From: Candidatus Fermentithermobacillaceae bacterium DTU015
GTDB taxonomy: Bacteria; Bacillota; Sulfobacillia; Fermentithermobacillales; Fermentithermobacillaceae
Assembly (NCBI GenBank): GCA_001513185.1
Contig: LFST01000046.1
Span: forward strand, 171,739 to 235,738
Reading direction: 5' to 3'
DNA length: 64,000 nt
This document shows, in pieces, positions 28,891 to 39,497 of the stretch. Within the stretch, counting starts at the first letter, position 1. Each line of letters starts with the position of its first letter. Position numbers and translations under genes: made by a program. The notes below the pieces were generated by a model, which worked only from the letters and a program-made list of their open reading frames with translations, was not told the DNA's origin and searched no databases.

Positions 28891-30143
28891 CTTGCCGTGA
28901 AGTTTCGGAACTTTTGTCTGCATACTTAGACGGCGAACTTGATCGCGACTCCCACGGCCTTGTGGAAGCGCACCTGGACACATGCGGGCACTGCAGGGCT
29001 GCGTTGGAGGAACTACGGCAGGTTAAGTCTGCGCTTCAGTCCCTCCCAGTAGTTGAGCCTCCCCCTGAGCTCCATTCCAGGATCATGGAAGCTGTATCCC
29101 AGGCACCGGCTCTCCGGCCTGGACCTGCTGAGGAAACCCCGTCTCAGAAGGGCCGCTTCCGCTGGAAGCTGCCATCCTGGGGCCGGGGCGGGCTGGGAAC
29201 GGTTGCCATGGCTTTGGCGGCATGCCTTGTGATCGTGATATTGTCGTCGGCAGGTACGTTGTACTTTGCCCTGCGTTATTTTGCTCCCTTGGCGGCTAAC
29301 GAAGAATTGCAGGATATTTCCAGGGAGTTCGGGTTCAGCAGTTTTTCCGAGCCTGAAACAGGCGTAGAGTTTTCTAAGACGGCTGAAACCCCCTCAGGCA
29401 GCCAACTCCGGGCGGTTTCCCCTGAGCAATCAGGAGACTTGGCTACCGAGTTTAGCGGGGAAAACTTTGTAGCATCTCCTGATACTGCCGGCATTGAAAG
29501 GAAGCTCATAAGGCGGGCAAAGCTTACCGTGGAGGTGCCGAAAGGCGCAGTGGATGCCGCGTCCCGGGAAGCCATCCACATTGTCCGCGCTTATCAAGGA
29601 TATATAGAATCATCTTCCACGTCTGTTGGCCAAGACAGCAAGCGGTCTACAGTGTTTTACATGACCGCCAGGGTGCCGTCTGAGCACCTGGATACGGCAA
29701 TTGATGAGATGTCGGCCCTTGGCGTGGTTACCCAGTCGGATATCGCAGAGCAGGACGTGACTGAGCAGTACGTGGATCTGGACGCCAGGATCAAGAACAA
29801 GATACAGCAGGAGCAAAGGCTTTTGCAGATAATGGGGAATGCCAACACAGTGGGAGAGCTGCTGCAGGTGGAGGGCGAGCTGGTGCGGGTAAGGACTGAG
29901 ATAGAGAGTCTCCAAGGCAGGCAGAATCTACTGGAGAGGTCCTCCGCCATGTCGTTCTTGTCTGTGAACATCGTAGAGGAAGGTTCGCGGAAGCCTTCGC
30001 CATCACCGTGGTCAGACATTTGGGAGGCTTTTGTCAGAGCGTGGCAAGACCTGGCTATATTCCTGGCAAAGATAGCTCCTGTAGCTATCTTGCTGGCAGT
30101 AGTGTATTTTTTGGTTAGAAGAGCTCTCCGCAAGAAGGACTAG
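28887..30143 (+). CDS. anti-sigma factor: N-terminal zf-HC2 (ZAS) domain, TM segment, C-terminal DUF4349-like coiled-coil domain
   Basis: H-x3-C-x2-C motif (HLDTCGHCRAAL). GTG start overlaps the sigma-factor stop. Central TM segment. C-terminal coiled-coil and TM are typical of DUF4349. Confidence 0.75.
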   Translation: MTCREVSELLSAYLDGELDRDSHGLVEAHLDTCGHCRAALEELRQVKSALQSLPVVEPPPELHSRIMEAVSQAPALRPGPAEETPSQKGRFRWKLPSWGRGGLGTVAMALAACLVIVILSSAGTLYFALRYFAPLAANEELQDISREFGFSSFSEPETGVEFSKTAETPSGSQLRAVSPEQSGDLATEFSGENFVASPDTAGIERKLIRRAKLTVEVPKGAVDAASREAIHIVRAYQGYIESSSTSVGQDSKRSTVFYMTARVPSEHLDTAIDEMSALGVVTQSDIAEQDVTEQYVDLDARIKNKIQQEQRLLQIMGNANTVGELLQVEGELVRVRTEIESLQGRQNLLERSSAMSFLSVNIVEEGSRKPSPSPWSDIWEAFVRAWQDLAIFLAKIAPVAILLAVVYFLVRRALRKKD

Positions 30144-30182
30144 CTGCCAGCTTGTACATTTGCACAAGCCCGAGGAAGCATA

Positions 30183-30241
30183 CAGCTTTTCGGAAATCTG
30201 CCTGAAGTTCAGGCGAGCTTTCCGAAAAGCTGTAGTTTTTT
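30183..30241 (+). terminator. intrinsic terminator after the sigma/anti-sigma operon
   Basis: ACAGCTTTTCGGAAA ... TTTCCGAAAAGCTGT 15-bp stem with an internal CCTGAA/TTCAGG sub-hairpin, followed by GUUUUUU. Confidence 0.75.
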
Positions 30242-30260
30242 GCCGGTTCCTGCCTTCAAA

Positions 30261-30289
30261 TTGCCAAGGTGTGTGTGGACAAATATACT
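30261..30289 (+). promoter_or_regulatory. sigma-A-type promoter for polA
   Basis: -35 TTGCCA, 17-nt spacer, -10 TATACT, ~30 nt upstream of the polA ATG. Confidence 0.5.
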
Positions 30290-30320
30290 GATACTGTAAA
30301 TACTACTTGGGGGTGAGGAC

Positions 30321-33020
30321 ATGGCTGCCGGACGACTTCTGCTGGTAGATGCCAATTCCCTTGCTAACCGGGCGTTCTACGCACTTCCCCCGCTGTCTAC
30401 AAGCAAAGGTGTTCCTACAAATGCAGTGTATGGCTTTCTCACAATGCTGTTCAAATTGATTGAAGACAGACAACCGGAATATATCATCTGTGCGTTTGAC
30501 CATCCGTCGCCCACGTTCAGGCACGTTGAGTTCGAAGATTACAAAGCTACCCGGAAGCCCAGCCCGGATGAATTCAAAGTGCAGGTCCCCATGATCAAAG
30601 AAGCCCTTTCCGCACTTGACATGGCTTTTGTGGAACTTCCGGGGTTTGAGGCTGACGATATAATGGGCACCCTTGCATGCAGATATAGCCAGGCAGGTTT
30701 TGAGGTGCTCATCCTGTCAGGTGACAAAGACTGCCTGCAGCTGGTAGGCGAGGGGCGTGAAGCCGTGCTGTTTGTGAGGGGAATCAGCCAGAGCAGGCAA
30801 TATGACCGGGAAGCGGTCAAGCAGGATATGGGAGTATGGCCTGAGCAAATCCCCGATTTCAAGGGGCTTGCAGGTGACCAGTCTGACAACATCCCAGGTG
30901 TGAAAGGGATAGGCGCCAAGACTGCAATCAAGCTGCTTGACCAATACCGGGACATAGAGGAGATCTTTGACCATATCGATGAGATTTCGCCTGCCAGGGT
31001 TCAAAGCCTGCTGAGAGAGCATGAGCAGACGGCTCTGCTTTCCAAGCGACTGGCTACCATAGCTTGCGATGCCCCGTGCCACGTTGATGTAGAAGACGCA
31101 AGGTGGGAGGGGCCCGACCTTGAAAAGGCCCGGGAGTATTTTGTCAACATGGAGTTTCAAAGCCTGCTAAGGAGGCTCGACAGGTTTGAAGCTGGGAGCT
31201 CCCGGCTGTCGGTTGGGGGCCGGCCTGAGGCATATGAAATTATAGATTCAGAAGAGAAACTCAAAGCCCTTGTAAGCCGGATTACCGAATCGGGGTATAT
31301 GTCGGTGTATGCAGGCCTTAGCGACATAGACACCCAGGTGACCCGGGACTTTGAATGGCCCGGCTTGTTCGGGGTTGCTACAGGCGGCAAGGCGTATCTC
31401 CTCGATTTCCGCAGAGCCGATTCCGCCGCTTCAGAGGATTACCAGGGGCTGATGTGGAAATATCTCGGGCCTGTGCTGCAGGAACCCCGGATCAAGAAGT
31501 TTGGCTTTGACCTCAAGTGGCTCTACACCCTGGGTTTCCATAAAGGCATCACGCTCAAAGGGTTTGAGTTTGACGTCATGGTGGCTGCGTACTTGCTCGA
31601 TCCCACCCGTACCACTTACAAGCTTGAAGCCTTGGCCAACACCTACTTGGGCGAGGACATGCCCCCGAGCATTGAGAGTTTGCCCAAGGATCAAAGAAAA
31701 GGGGAACAGGCCAAAAAAGGCCATATGGCCCACCTGGCCCAAGGCGCTTACTTCGCCGTAAAGCTTGCTGACAAGCTGAAAGGAGACTTGGAGCAAAACG
31801 GGCTTTGGGCTTTAGCCAAGGACGTAGAGTTCCCCATGATCCAAGTGCTGGCTGCCATGGAGGCTTTGGGAATCAAGGTGGATCTGGAAAAAGGCCGGGC
31901 GCTCAGGGAGGAGTTTGCCGGGAAACTCCGTGCCCTGGAGCGGGAAATATATGAAATGGCCGGACAGGAGTTCAACCTGAGTTCACCCAAGCAGCTAAGC
32001 TACATACTCTTCGACAAACTCAACCTGCCGCCGGTAAAGAAGACCAAGACCGGATATTCCACCGATGCCGAGGTGCTTATGACCCTGAGTGCCATCCATC
32101 CGCTGCCCGACAAGATTCTCGATCACAGGCATTATGCCAAGCTAAAGTCCACCTACTTGGATCCCTTGGAAAGCGTGGTAAACCCGGTGACAGGCCGCAT
32201 CCATACAACGTTTCACCAGACCGTCACCGCCACAGGCAGGCTTTCCAGCTCTGAGCCTAACTTGCAGAACATACCGGTGAGGACTGAATCGGGCAGGGCC
32301 ATCAGGGAAATCTTTGTGCCTGAGCCGGGCAAATTGTTTCTGGCATCTGACTATTCCCAAATAGAACTCAGGGTGATGGCCCATATGTCAGGGGACGAGT
32401 CAATGATTGAGGCATTTAGGCAGAACCAGGACATCCACAGGGCCACTGCTTCCGAGATGTTCGGGGTGCCCATGGACCAGGTTACCCCTGATCTCAGGGA
32501 CAAAGCCAAGGCGGTCAACTTCGGGGTGATTTACGGCATATCCGACTTCGGGCTGGCAAGGAATACAGGCGTCACACGGGAAGAGGCCAGGGAGTTCATT
32601 GAGGCCTACTTCCGGAGATACCCCATGGTAAAGCAGTATATGGATCACATGGTGGCTCAGGCCAGGCAAACCGGCTATGTGACTACCATCCTGGGCAGGA
32701 GACGGCCTATACCTGACATCAACTCCAGGAACAGGGTGAGGCGGGGGTTTGCCGAGCGCACGGCCATAAATACCCCAATCCAGGGAAGCGCCGCTGACCT
32801 GATTAAGCTGGCCATGGTCCGCCTTCACAGGAGGATTGAGAAAGAAGGGCTCGGTTCCCGGATTATCCTCCAGGTCCACGACGAACTGGTATTTGAAATC
32901 CCCCCTGAAGAGAAGGACTACATGATTGAGATGGTTAAACAGGAGATGGAAGGGGTCATGGAACTAAAAGTGCCGCTTAAGGTAGATATCGACGTTGGGG
33001 AAAGTTGGGCCCATGTCTGA
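30321..33020 (+). CDS. polA: DNA polymerase I (5'-3' exonuclease, inactive-type 3'-5' domain, polymerase domain)
   Basis: Pol A-family motifs DYSQIELR, RRRAKAVNFGVIYG-like and HDELVFE. 5' nuclease N-terminus. Confidence 0.95.
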   Translation: MAAGRLLLVDANSLANRAFYALPPLSTSKGVPTNAVYGFLTMLFKLIEDRQPEYIICAFDHPSPTFRHVEFEDYKATRKPSPDEFKVQVPMIKEALSALDMAFVELPGFEADDIMGTLACRYSQAGFEVLILSGDKDCLQLVGEGREAVLFVRGISQSRQYDREAVKQDMGVWPEQIPDFKGLAGDQSDNIPGVKGIGAKTAIKLLDQYRDIEEIFDHIDEISPARVQSLLREHEQTALLSKRLATIACDAPCHVDVEDARWEGPDLEKAREYFVNMEFQSLLRRLDRFEAGSSRLSVGGRPEAYEIIDSEEKLKALVSRITESGYMSVYAGLSDIDTQVTRDFEWPGLFGVATGGKAYLLDFRRADSAASEDYQGLMWKYLGPVLQEPRIKKFGFDLKWLYTLGFHKGITLKGFEFDVMVAAYLLDPTRTTYKLEALANTYLGEDMPPSIESLPKDQRKGEQAKKGHMAHLAQGAYFAVKLADKLKGDLEQNGLWALAKDVEFPMIQVLAAMEALGIKVDLEKGRALREEFAGKLRALEREIYEMAGQEFNLSSPKQLSYILFDKLNLPPVKKTKTGYSTDAEVLMTLSAIHPLPDKILDHRHYAKLKSTYLDPLESVVNPVTGRIHTTFHQTVTATGRLSSSEPNLQNIPVRTESGRAIREIFVPEPGKLFLASDYSQIELRVMAHMSGDESMIEAFRQNQDIHRATASEMFGVPMDQVTPDLRDKAKAVNFGVIYGISDFGLARNTGVTREEAREFIEAYFRRYPMVKQYMDHMVAQARQTGYVTTILGRRRPIPDINSRNRVRRGFAERTAINTPIQGSAADLIKLAMVRLHRRIEKEGLGSRIILQVHDELVFEIPPEEKDYMIEMVKQEMEGVMELKVPLKVDIDVGESWAHV

Positions 33021-33660
33021 CTCCAGAAGGTGGCGTCATTTATATGTCCTCGGACTTACCGGAGGCATTGCTACAGGCAAGAGCACCGTGTCCCGCATCT
33101 TGCGACAGCTGGGGGCTTACGTGATCGATGCCGACAGGGTGGCCCACCAGGTGACTGAACCCGGTACGCCAGGGTTCTTGAAAGTGGTTGAAAGATTCGG
33201 TGATGAAGTAGTTACCCCTGAAGGAACCCTGGACCGCAAGGCCCTGGGCCGGATAGTGTTTAGCGACAGGGAAGCCCTTGCCGGCCTCAATTCGATTGTG
33301 CACCCCCTGGTGATAGATGAAATACACAATATGCTTGATGATTTGGAGCAGGCTTCGGCTGCCCGCGGTTCCCGGATATGTGTGGTGCTGGATGTGCCCC
33401 TTCTGTTTGAAGCCGGCATAGACGGGATTTGCGACGAAATCTGGGTTGTGGCTGTGGGTTTGGAGCCTCAGATAAGGCGGTTGATGGAAAGGGACGGCTA
33501 TTCCAGGGAAGAAGCATTGAGCCGGATCAGGGCGCAGATGCCTTTGGAGGACAAGATCGCCCGTGCCGACGTTGTAATAGATAATTCGGGCAGCCTCGAT
33601 GACACCCAACAACTGGTGAGGGGCCTGTGGCATGAGCTGAACAGGAGATTACAGGGATAG
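33013..33660 (+). CDS. coaE: dephospho-CoA kinase
   Basis: P-loop GLTGGIATGKST. Overlaps the polA stop. polA-coaE linkage is typical of Firmicutes. Confidence 0.85.
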   Translation: MSDSRRWRHLYVLGLTGGIATGKSTVSRILRQLGAYVIDADRVAHQVTEPGTPGFLKVVERFGDEVVTPEGTLDRKALGRIVFSDREALAGLNSIVHPLVIDEIHNMLDDLEQASAARGSRICVVLDVPLLFEAGIDGICDEIWVVAVGLEPQIRRLMERDGYSREEALSRIRAQMPLEDKIARADVVIDNSGSLDDTQQLVRGLWHELNRRLQG

Positions 33661-33716
33661 GCTCGAATGTGGGAGTTTTGAAAAAACACAACTGGAACAA
33701 CCGGGAGGAAGGCTGT

Positions 33717-34085
33717 ATGGATCAAGCTGAAAAGAGCATCGGGATGAAAGACGTTACAAGCAAGACCTTCGACAAGGAAATATCGGGGGCCAGGGCCTCA
33801 GTGGTGAAGTTCTGGGCGCCATGGTGCATGCCGTGCAAGCGGCTGGCAGGCGTCATAAGTAAGGTGTTGCCCGATATCCGAAATACGTACCAAGACCAGA
33901 TAAGCTTCCTGCAAGTCAACGTGGATGAAGAAGCTGAATTGGCACAGAGGTTCGGAGTCATGACTTTGCCCACGGTAATTGGGTTTAGCGGTACCAACCC
34001 CATCGAGAGGTTCTCCGGGCGTACTGAAGAGGAATTCGTCAAGTGGGTGCACAGGGTTGCCCAAAGGGCGGGTATTGCCGAGTAG
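33717..34085 (+). CDS. thioredoxin (active site WCMPC)
   Basis: Thioredoxin fold with [12 protein letters not shown] 33717 follows SD GGAGGAAGG. Confidence 0.8.
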   Translation: MDQAEKSIGMKDVTSKTFDKEISGARASVVKFWAPWCMPCKRLAGVISKVLPDIRNTYQDQISFLQVNVDEEAELAQRFGVMTLPTVIGFSGTNPIERFSGRTEEEFVKWVHRVAQRAGIAE

Positions 34086-34147
34086 ACTTGGGCGCTGTGT
34101 CGGTGCCGGGTTTAGGCATTCTTGAACAAGGAACGGAGGGGCACCAA

Positions 34148-35185
34148 TTGAACAAGGTTATAGACTTGCGTTCTGACACTGTGACAAAACCGACTCCTGA
34201 GATGCGTGAAGCCATGGCTAGGGCAGAAGTGGGCGATGACGTCTACGGGGAAGATCCTACGGTAAACCGGCTTGAAGCTTTAGGTGCCGAAATGACAGGC
34301 AAGGAGGCGGCCGTGTTCGTGCCCACGGGTACCATGGGCAACCAGGTATCCATCATGGCTTGGACCCAGCGGGGCGATGAGATCATCGTAGAATCCAACG
34401 CCCATATTTTCATGTTTGAAGCCGGCGGCCCTGCGGTGCTGTCAGGGGTCCAGATAAGAACCGTGCCAGGCTTCAGGGGCGCCATGGATCCTGAAGACGT
34501 GGAAGCGGCCATCAGGCCAAAAGATCTACATTGTCCGCGTACGTCGCTCATCTGCCTGGAAAACACCCACAACAGGTCCGGCGGGTGTGTGATTCCGCTT
34601 GATAACATGAAAGCCATATATGAACTGGCCAAGCAGCACGGGATTAACGTACACCTCGATGGCGCCAGGGTGTTTAACGCTGCCACAGCCCTGGGCGTGG
34701 ACGTAAAACAGATCACCCGTTATGCCGACTCGGTTCAATTTTGCTTGTCCAAGGGATTGTGCGCACCTGTGGGATCCCTGGTCGCGGGGCCTAAAGAGTT
34801 CGTCGACAGGGCCCGGAAAGCCAGGAAAATCCTTGGAGGCGGGATGCGCCAAGCCGGAGTGCTGGCAGCAGCGGGTATAGTTGCCCTGGAGAAAATGACC
34901 AAACGCCTTGGTGAAGACCATGAGAAGGCCCGGAAGCTTGCCCAAGGGCTGGCAGCTATCCCGGGACTGGAGATTGACATGGATACTGTCCAGACCAACA
35001 TGGTGATGGTGGGCACCAAGGGTGCCGGGATAGATGCTGCTGAGTTTGCCGCCCTCATGAAACGCCATGGGGTGCTGTTCAATTGGTCTACCCGGTACAA
35101 GGTTAGGATGGTCACCCACAATGACGTGGGGTTTGATGATATAGACGAGGCAATAAGACGCGTAAAGGAAGCGTTAGGTGCATGA
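34148..35185 (+). CDS. ltaE: low-specificity L-threonine aldolase
   Basis: [13 protein letters not shown]-terminus, PLP fold. TTG 34148 after SD GGAACGGAGGGG. Confidence 0.8.
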   Translation: MNKVIDLRSDTVTKPTPEMREAMARAEVGDDVYGEDPTVNRLEALGAEMTGKEAAVFVPTGTMGNQVSIMAWTQRGDEIIVESNAHIFMFEAGGPAVLSGVQIRTVPGFRGAMDPEDVEAAIRPKDLHCPRTSLICLENTHNRSGGCVIPLDNMKAIYELAKQHGINVHLDGARVFNAATALGVDVKQITRYADSVQFCLSKGLCAPVGSLVAGPKEFVDRARKARKILGGGMRQAGVLAAAGIVALEKMTKRLGEDHEKARKLAQGLAAIPGLEIDMDTVQTNMVMVGTKGAGIDAAEFAALMKRHGVLFNWSTRYKVRMVTHNDVGFDDIDEAIRRVKEALGA

Positions 35186-36669
35186 GCCAGAAAGGGCTAT
35201 GGGACAATCAGCCTGATGATCTGAAGCCAGGTGCGGCCGGTAAGGAACCTGCCCGAACGGGGCCGGGCGGCCGGCCTGGTTATGGTATGCGGCCGGAGCC
35301 TGGTAGCATAAGCTATGTGCCGCCAGGGGCTCCCCTGGCCCTCAGGATGACGCCCCGGGATTTCGACGAGTACCTGGGCCAGGAGGAAATAATGGGCCCT
35401 GGTAAGCCCTTAAGGCGTATGGTGGAAGAGGATAAGCTTATCTCCATGATATTCTGGGGGCCTCCCGGTACCGGGAAAACCGCCCTGGCAAGGCTGATTG
35501 CCTCAAAGAGCCGCGCTTATTTTAAGGAACTGTCGGCAGTATCTTCAGGGGTGCAGGATGTCCGCAAGATAGTGGACTTTGCACGTGAAGCCGGGAAAGC
35601 CGGCAGGAAGACAATCCTTTTTCTAGACGAGATCCACCGCTTTTCAAAAGCCCAGCAAGATGTGCTGTTGCCCTATGTAGAAAACGGCACCCTGATACTT
35701 ATCGGTGCCACCACTGAAAACCCCTATTTCTCAGTTAACTCTGCCCTCTTGTCCAGGATGAGGATTTTCCGGTTTGAGCACCTTTCCCCCGAACACATCA
35801 GGATCTTGTTGCAAAGGGCAATAGATGACCCGGATAGGGGGCTTTTGGCAGGGGAAAGGCGGGGAAAACCCCAAGCGGCTAAGCAAGGTGCTCAAGTTGC
35901 TGAGGACGGAGATGAGCCTCAGCTTGCTGCTTCCAAGCTGATAATTGAAGACGGGGTGCTGGATCACATTGTGGCGTACTCAAAAGGTGATGCCCGTACA
36001 GCCCTTAACGTGCTTGAAGCCCTTTATTATGCGGGAGAGGAGTCAGGCGGCAAGAAGGTGCTCGCCCTCGATAAGCTAATTGAACTTACCCAGAGCCCTG
36101 TGGGCTTGTACGATAAGGCAGGGGATTGGCATTACGATATAATCTCCGCCTACATCAAGAGCATGAGGGGGAGCGACCCTGATGCAGCTCTGTACTGGCT
36201 TGCCCGGATGCTTCACGCAGGTGAGGATCCCAGGTATATCGCCAGGCGGCTGGTGATTTGCGCATCCGAAGATGTGGGCATGGCGGATCCCATGGCACTG
36301 GTGGTGGCAGAGGCGGCTTTTAGGGCCGCGGAACACCTTGGGATGCCCGAAGCCAGGATACCTCTGGCCCAGGCGACGGTGTATGTCGCCCTGGCGCCCA
36401 AATCAAACTCGGTCTACCTCGCCATCGATAAGGCCTTGGAAGATGTTAAGCAAAAACCTGCTTACCCTGTGCCGGTGCACTTAAGGGGCACAGGGTACCG
36501 CGGAGCCAGAGAACTTGGCCACGGTGACGGTTACCTCTATCCTCACGACTACCCTGGACACTACGTTGAGCAGGAATACCTTCCTCCACAGCTCAAGGGA
36601 ATCAAGTATTACCAGCCAGGTGAACATGATGTAAACCCCGGCTGCCCCCGGCTGAAAACCGGGCGCTGA
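35182..36669 (+). CDS. rarA: replication-associated recombination protein A (RarA/MgsA AAA+ ATPase)
   Basis: Walker A GPPGTGKT, sensor motifs, MgsA C-terminal domain. ~60 aa Pro/Gly-rich N-terminal extension if translation starts at 35182. Confidence 0.85.
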   Translation: MSQKGLWDNQPDDLKPGAAGKEPARTGPGGRPGYGMRPEPGSISYVPPGAPLALRMTPRDFDEYLGQEEIMGPGKPLRRMVEEDKLISMIFWGPPGTGKTALARLIASKSRAYFKELSAVSSGVQDVRKIVDFAREAGKAGRKTILFLDEIHRFSKAQQDVLLPYVENGTLILIGATTENPYFSVNSALLSRMRIFRFEHLSPEHIRILLQRAIDDPDRGLLAGERRGKPQAAKQGAQVAEDGDEPQLAASKLIIEDGVLDHIVAYSKGDARTALNVLEALYYAGEESGGKKVLALDKLIELTQSPVGLYDKAGDWHYDIISAYIKSMRGSDPDAALYWLARMLHAGEDPRYIARRLVICASEDVGMADPMALVVAEAAFRAAEHLGMPEARIPLAQATVYVALAPKSNSVYLAIDKALEDVKQKPAYPVPVHLRGTGYRGARELGHGDGYLYPHDYPGHYVEQEYLPPQLKGIKYYQPGEHDVNPGCPRLKTGR

Positions 36670-36818
36670 CGTTACAGAGCCCTCGTACTGCTTTCGGGCC
36701 CTGCCGGCGGCGATGAATAATCCCCTTCCTGCCTTGATGGATAATCCCTATCCTGCCTGGGAAGAATTTTTGTCAGGACAGAAAATCGAAATAATCCAAG
36801 CGGTCAGGGGGCATGGGT

Positions 36819-37049
36819 ATGAACTGCCCAAAATGCAAGAGCAGGGCTACAGGGCGGATTGGGCAGGGCCAATACTATTGCTGGGATTGCAGCATCGAGT
36901 TTGAGCCTACACCGGCGGGAGTCAGGGTTTACAGGCTGGAGCCGGACGGAATTGCCATACCCGAGTCCATCGATGGCAGCCCCGTGTCCGGTTCTACCCT
37001 CACAAGCCGATCCCAGGCAAACACTGGATTGCGGCGTGAATCCCGGTGA
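36819..37049 (+). CDS. small zinc-ribbon protein
   Basis: CPKC...CWDC four-Cys ribbon. SD CAGGGGG lies 8 nt before ATG 36819. Overlaps an alternative ORF at 36713..36904. Confidence 0.35.
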   Translation: MNCPKCKSRATGRIGQGQYYCWDCSIEFEPTPAGVRVYRLEPDGIAIPESIDGSPVSGSTLTSRSQANTGLRRESR

Positions 37050-37304
37050 ACTTCAAGAGGCTGTGCCTTAAGGCAGTCAAATGGGCCTTTGGGTTAGGAA
37101 CACTTATTGGCAAAAAGGAGTTGTATCTGGGTATGAAACAGAGGAATTTTTGGGATGGGCTGGCTCTGGGTGCCATAGCAGGTATAATCCTAGGTTCTAT
37201 GATGATGGCAAGAGAGCCAATGGCTCCTTCTGAACGGGCCAGGATGGCTGTAGAGCGGAGGGCAAGGAGAGCATGGAGGAGGGCACAGGGTAGCATAGGG
37301 CGTA

Positions 37305-38357
37305 TTGCAGGAAGGTTCTCGGGCGGGCAGCAATAGGTACAGACATATATTTCGGTTGGGGCTAGGCCTGGCGTCAGTACTTGCGCTTGTGCTCTTGCGC
37401 AAAGTACTGATTCCGTTTATTTTGGCAGCTTTTCTAAGTTACATGCTTGAGCCGCCGGTAGGGTTTCTCAACCGGCGGGGCATGTCGAGGGCCGGGGCTA
37501 TTGCCTTGGTGTACCTGGCTATCTTCACCGCCGCCGTGCTGCTTGGGGTCTATTTTATCCCCCGGTTTTTCCAGGATCTCAGGGAGATTTCCATGGCAAT
37601 CCCCAAGTACGCCCAGGCGCTGGCGCAGCTTTCCGAAAGGGCTTATCAAGTAGGCAAGGAGTACAACGTGCCCGAGGGCTTCGTCCAAGGGATTGCCGGT
37701 GCCCTTTCCCGCCTGGAAACCCGGCTTGTAGGCGCAGGCGAGGGGCTGGTTCAGGCGATTTTGTCCTCTGTAAGTCTTGTGCCGCACATCTTGCTTGCGC
37801 CGGTAATCGCCTATTACATCCTCAGGGACATTAACAAATGGCGGCACAATACCCTCCTCAGGATGTCAAGGTATCCCCTCCACTACATGGACCTAGTGCG
37901 GGACATAGACCGGGTGTTTGCAGGTTTCATCAGGGGCCAATCCTTGGTTGCCCTGTTTGTCACGATAATGGTGTGGGCTGCATCGATACTGCTCAAACTA
38001 AGGTACGGGGCAGTGTTGGGTGTGATAAGCGGGCTAGGGGAGTTCATACCGTATTTCGGGCCGGTAATCGGCAGCATCCCCATCCTGGTAGTGGCATTCC
38101 TCAGCTCGCCTATCACCGGACTTTGGGCCCTGGTACTGGTAGGTTTCATACAATGGTTTGATTCTACGGTCTTGGTCCCCAGGGTAACCGGTGAGCGGGT
38201 CGGGCTCCATCCGCTGTGGGTGATATTTGCCATCTTTGCAGGAGGCGAACTCCTGGGGTTTTGGGGGATTTTCCTGGCGGTGCCCCTGGCCGGGATCTTC
38301 AGGGTGTTCCTAAGGTTTCTCAGGACCGTCCTCAAGCACAAAACCCCTCAACAATGA
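37305..38357 (+). CDS. AI-2E family transporter (PerM/YtvI-like)
   Basis: 8-TM protein with AI-2E-like FILAAFLSYMLEPPVGFLNRRG. Start uncertain (TTG 37305 or 37356). Confidence 0.8.
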   Translation: MQEGSRAGSNRYRHIFRLGLGLASVLALVLLRKVLIPFILAAFLSYMLEPPVGFLNRRGMSRAGAIALVYLAIFTAAVLLGVYFIPRFFQDLREISMAIPKYAQALAQLSERAYQVGKEYNVPEGFVQGIAGALSRLETRLVGAGEGLVQAILSSVSLVPHILLAPVIAYYILRDINKWRHNTLLRMSRYPLHYMDLVRDIDRVFAGFIRGQSLVALFVTIMVWAASILLKLRYGAVLGVISGLGEFIPYFGPVIGSIPILVVAFLSSPITGLWALVLVGFIQWFDSTVLVPRVTGERVGLHPLWVIFAIFAGGELLGFWGIFLAVPLAGIFRVFLRFLRTVLKHKTPQQ

Positions 38358-38367
38358 GGGCTTTTTT
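38344..38367 (+). terminator. intrinsic terminator after the AI-2E gene
   Basis: CCCTCA-acaa-TGAGGG stem overlapping the stop codon, followed by CUUUUUU. Confidence 0.6.
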
Positions 38368-38488
38368 CAGTCTGCCTGATTTATCTACGGGTTTCCGAAA
38401 AACTGTAAGACTTTTCTGCAGGGTGAAACGGATTTGGCAGGAATATACTGCAGGTTGTAGAAACTTCCGATAGAGAGGAGGGTATCGC

Positions 38489-39334
38489 ATGGCCGGAAAG
38501 ATTGGCGTAGTAGGTGCCGGGACCATGGGCCGGGGGATTGCTGAATCATGCCTTGTGGCAGGTTTCGAGGTGGTTTTGCTCGATGCGACCACGGAGCTGG
38601 CGTCCAAAGGCTATCAGGGCGTCGAGAAAAGCCTTAACAGGGGTGCAGAGCGGGGACGGATAACCGCCCAGGCCAAAGGTGAGATGTTGGCCAGGCTCAG
38701 CTATTCAGATAACTACGGTGACCTCAAGGATGTCCAGGTAGTACTGGAAGCGGTTTACGAAGACATGGAAGTCAAGCGGGAAGTGCTGGCCAAAATTTCT
38801 GAAGTGGTAGACAAACATGTGCTCATAGGGTCAAACACATCGTCCCTGAGCATAACCGAGATGTCAGGCTCAGTTGATAACCCGTCAAGATTCATGGGGA
38901 TACACTTTTTCAACCCCGTGCCTGTGATGAAACTTGTGGAACTCATAAAAGGCCGGGACACCTCTGAGGCAACCGTGGACCAAGCCAAGGATTTATGCCT
39001 CAAACTGGGCAAAACTCCTGTGGTGGTAAACGAATCGCCTGGATTCGTAGTAAACCGTTTATTGTGTCCTATGCTCAACGAAGCGGCCTATCTCCTGATG
39101 GAAGGTGTGGCCTCGGCTGAAGATATTGACACTGCTATGAAACTGGGAGCAAATCACCCAATGGGGCCCCTGTCCCTGGCAGACCTTATCGGGATAGATG
39201 TGCTCTACGCTATCATGGACACGCTGCACAAAGACTTTGGCGACGACAAGTACAAGCCATGTCCTTTGCTAAAAGAGATGATCGACAAGGGACACCTTGG
39301 GCGGAAGACCGGCCAGGGGTTCTTTAAGTACTAA
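38489..39334 (+). CDS. hbd: 3-hydroxybutyryl-CoA dehydrogenase
   Basis: N-terminal GVVGAGTMGRGIA Rossmann motif, 3HCDH N and C domains. SD AGAGGAGGG. Confidence 0.85.
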   Translation: MAGKIGVVGAGTMGRGIAESCLVAGFEVVLLDATTELASKGYQGVEKSLNRGAERGRITAQAKGEMLARLSYSDNYGDLKDVQVVLEAVYEDMEVKREVLAKISEVVDKHVLIGSNTSSLSITEMSGSVDNPSRFMGIHFFNPVPVMKLVELIKGRDTSEATVDQAKDLCLKLGKTPVVVNESPGFVVNRLLCPMLNEAAYLLMEGVASAEDIDTAMKLGANHPMGPLSLADLIGIDVLYAIMDTLHKDFGDDKYKPCPLLKEMIDKGHLGRKTGQGFFKY

Positions 39335-39497
39335 GCCTGGGTATTGTTAGATGATCGATAATTGATAACGCCGCTGCCATGCATCAGGCAGCGGCCTACG
39401 TGTTCTGAGGCAAGATGAGGTAAGGTCTTGCCAGCAGCCAGCCCAGGCAGGATCTGGCGGCCTAGCTGTTCCAAATAGGGTTAGACCTGGGTTGACC

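Noticed and set aside
38400-38460. Direct repeats CTGCAGG (38417 and 38447) upstream of hbd as a regulatory element
   Set aside because: Only two 7-bp copies. Weak resemblance of nearby TGTAGAAACTTCC to a Rex half-site. Insufficient support.
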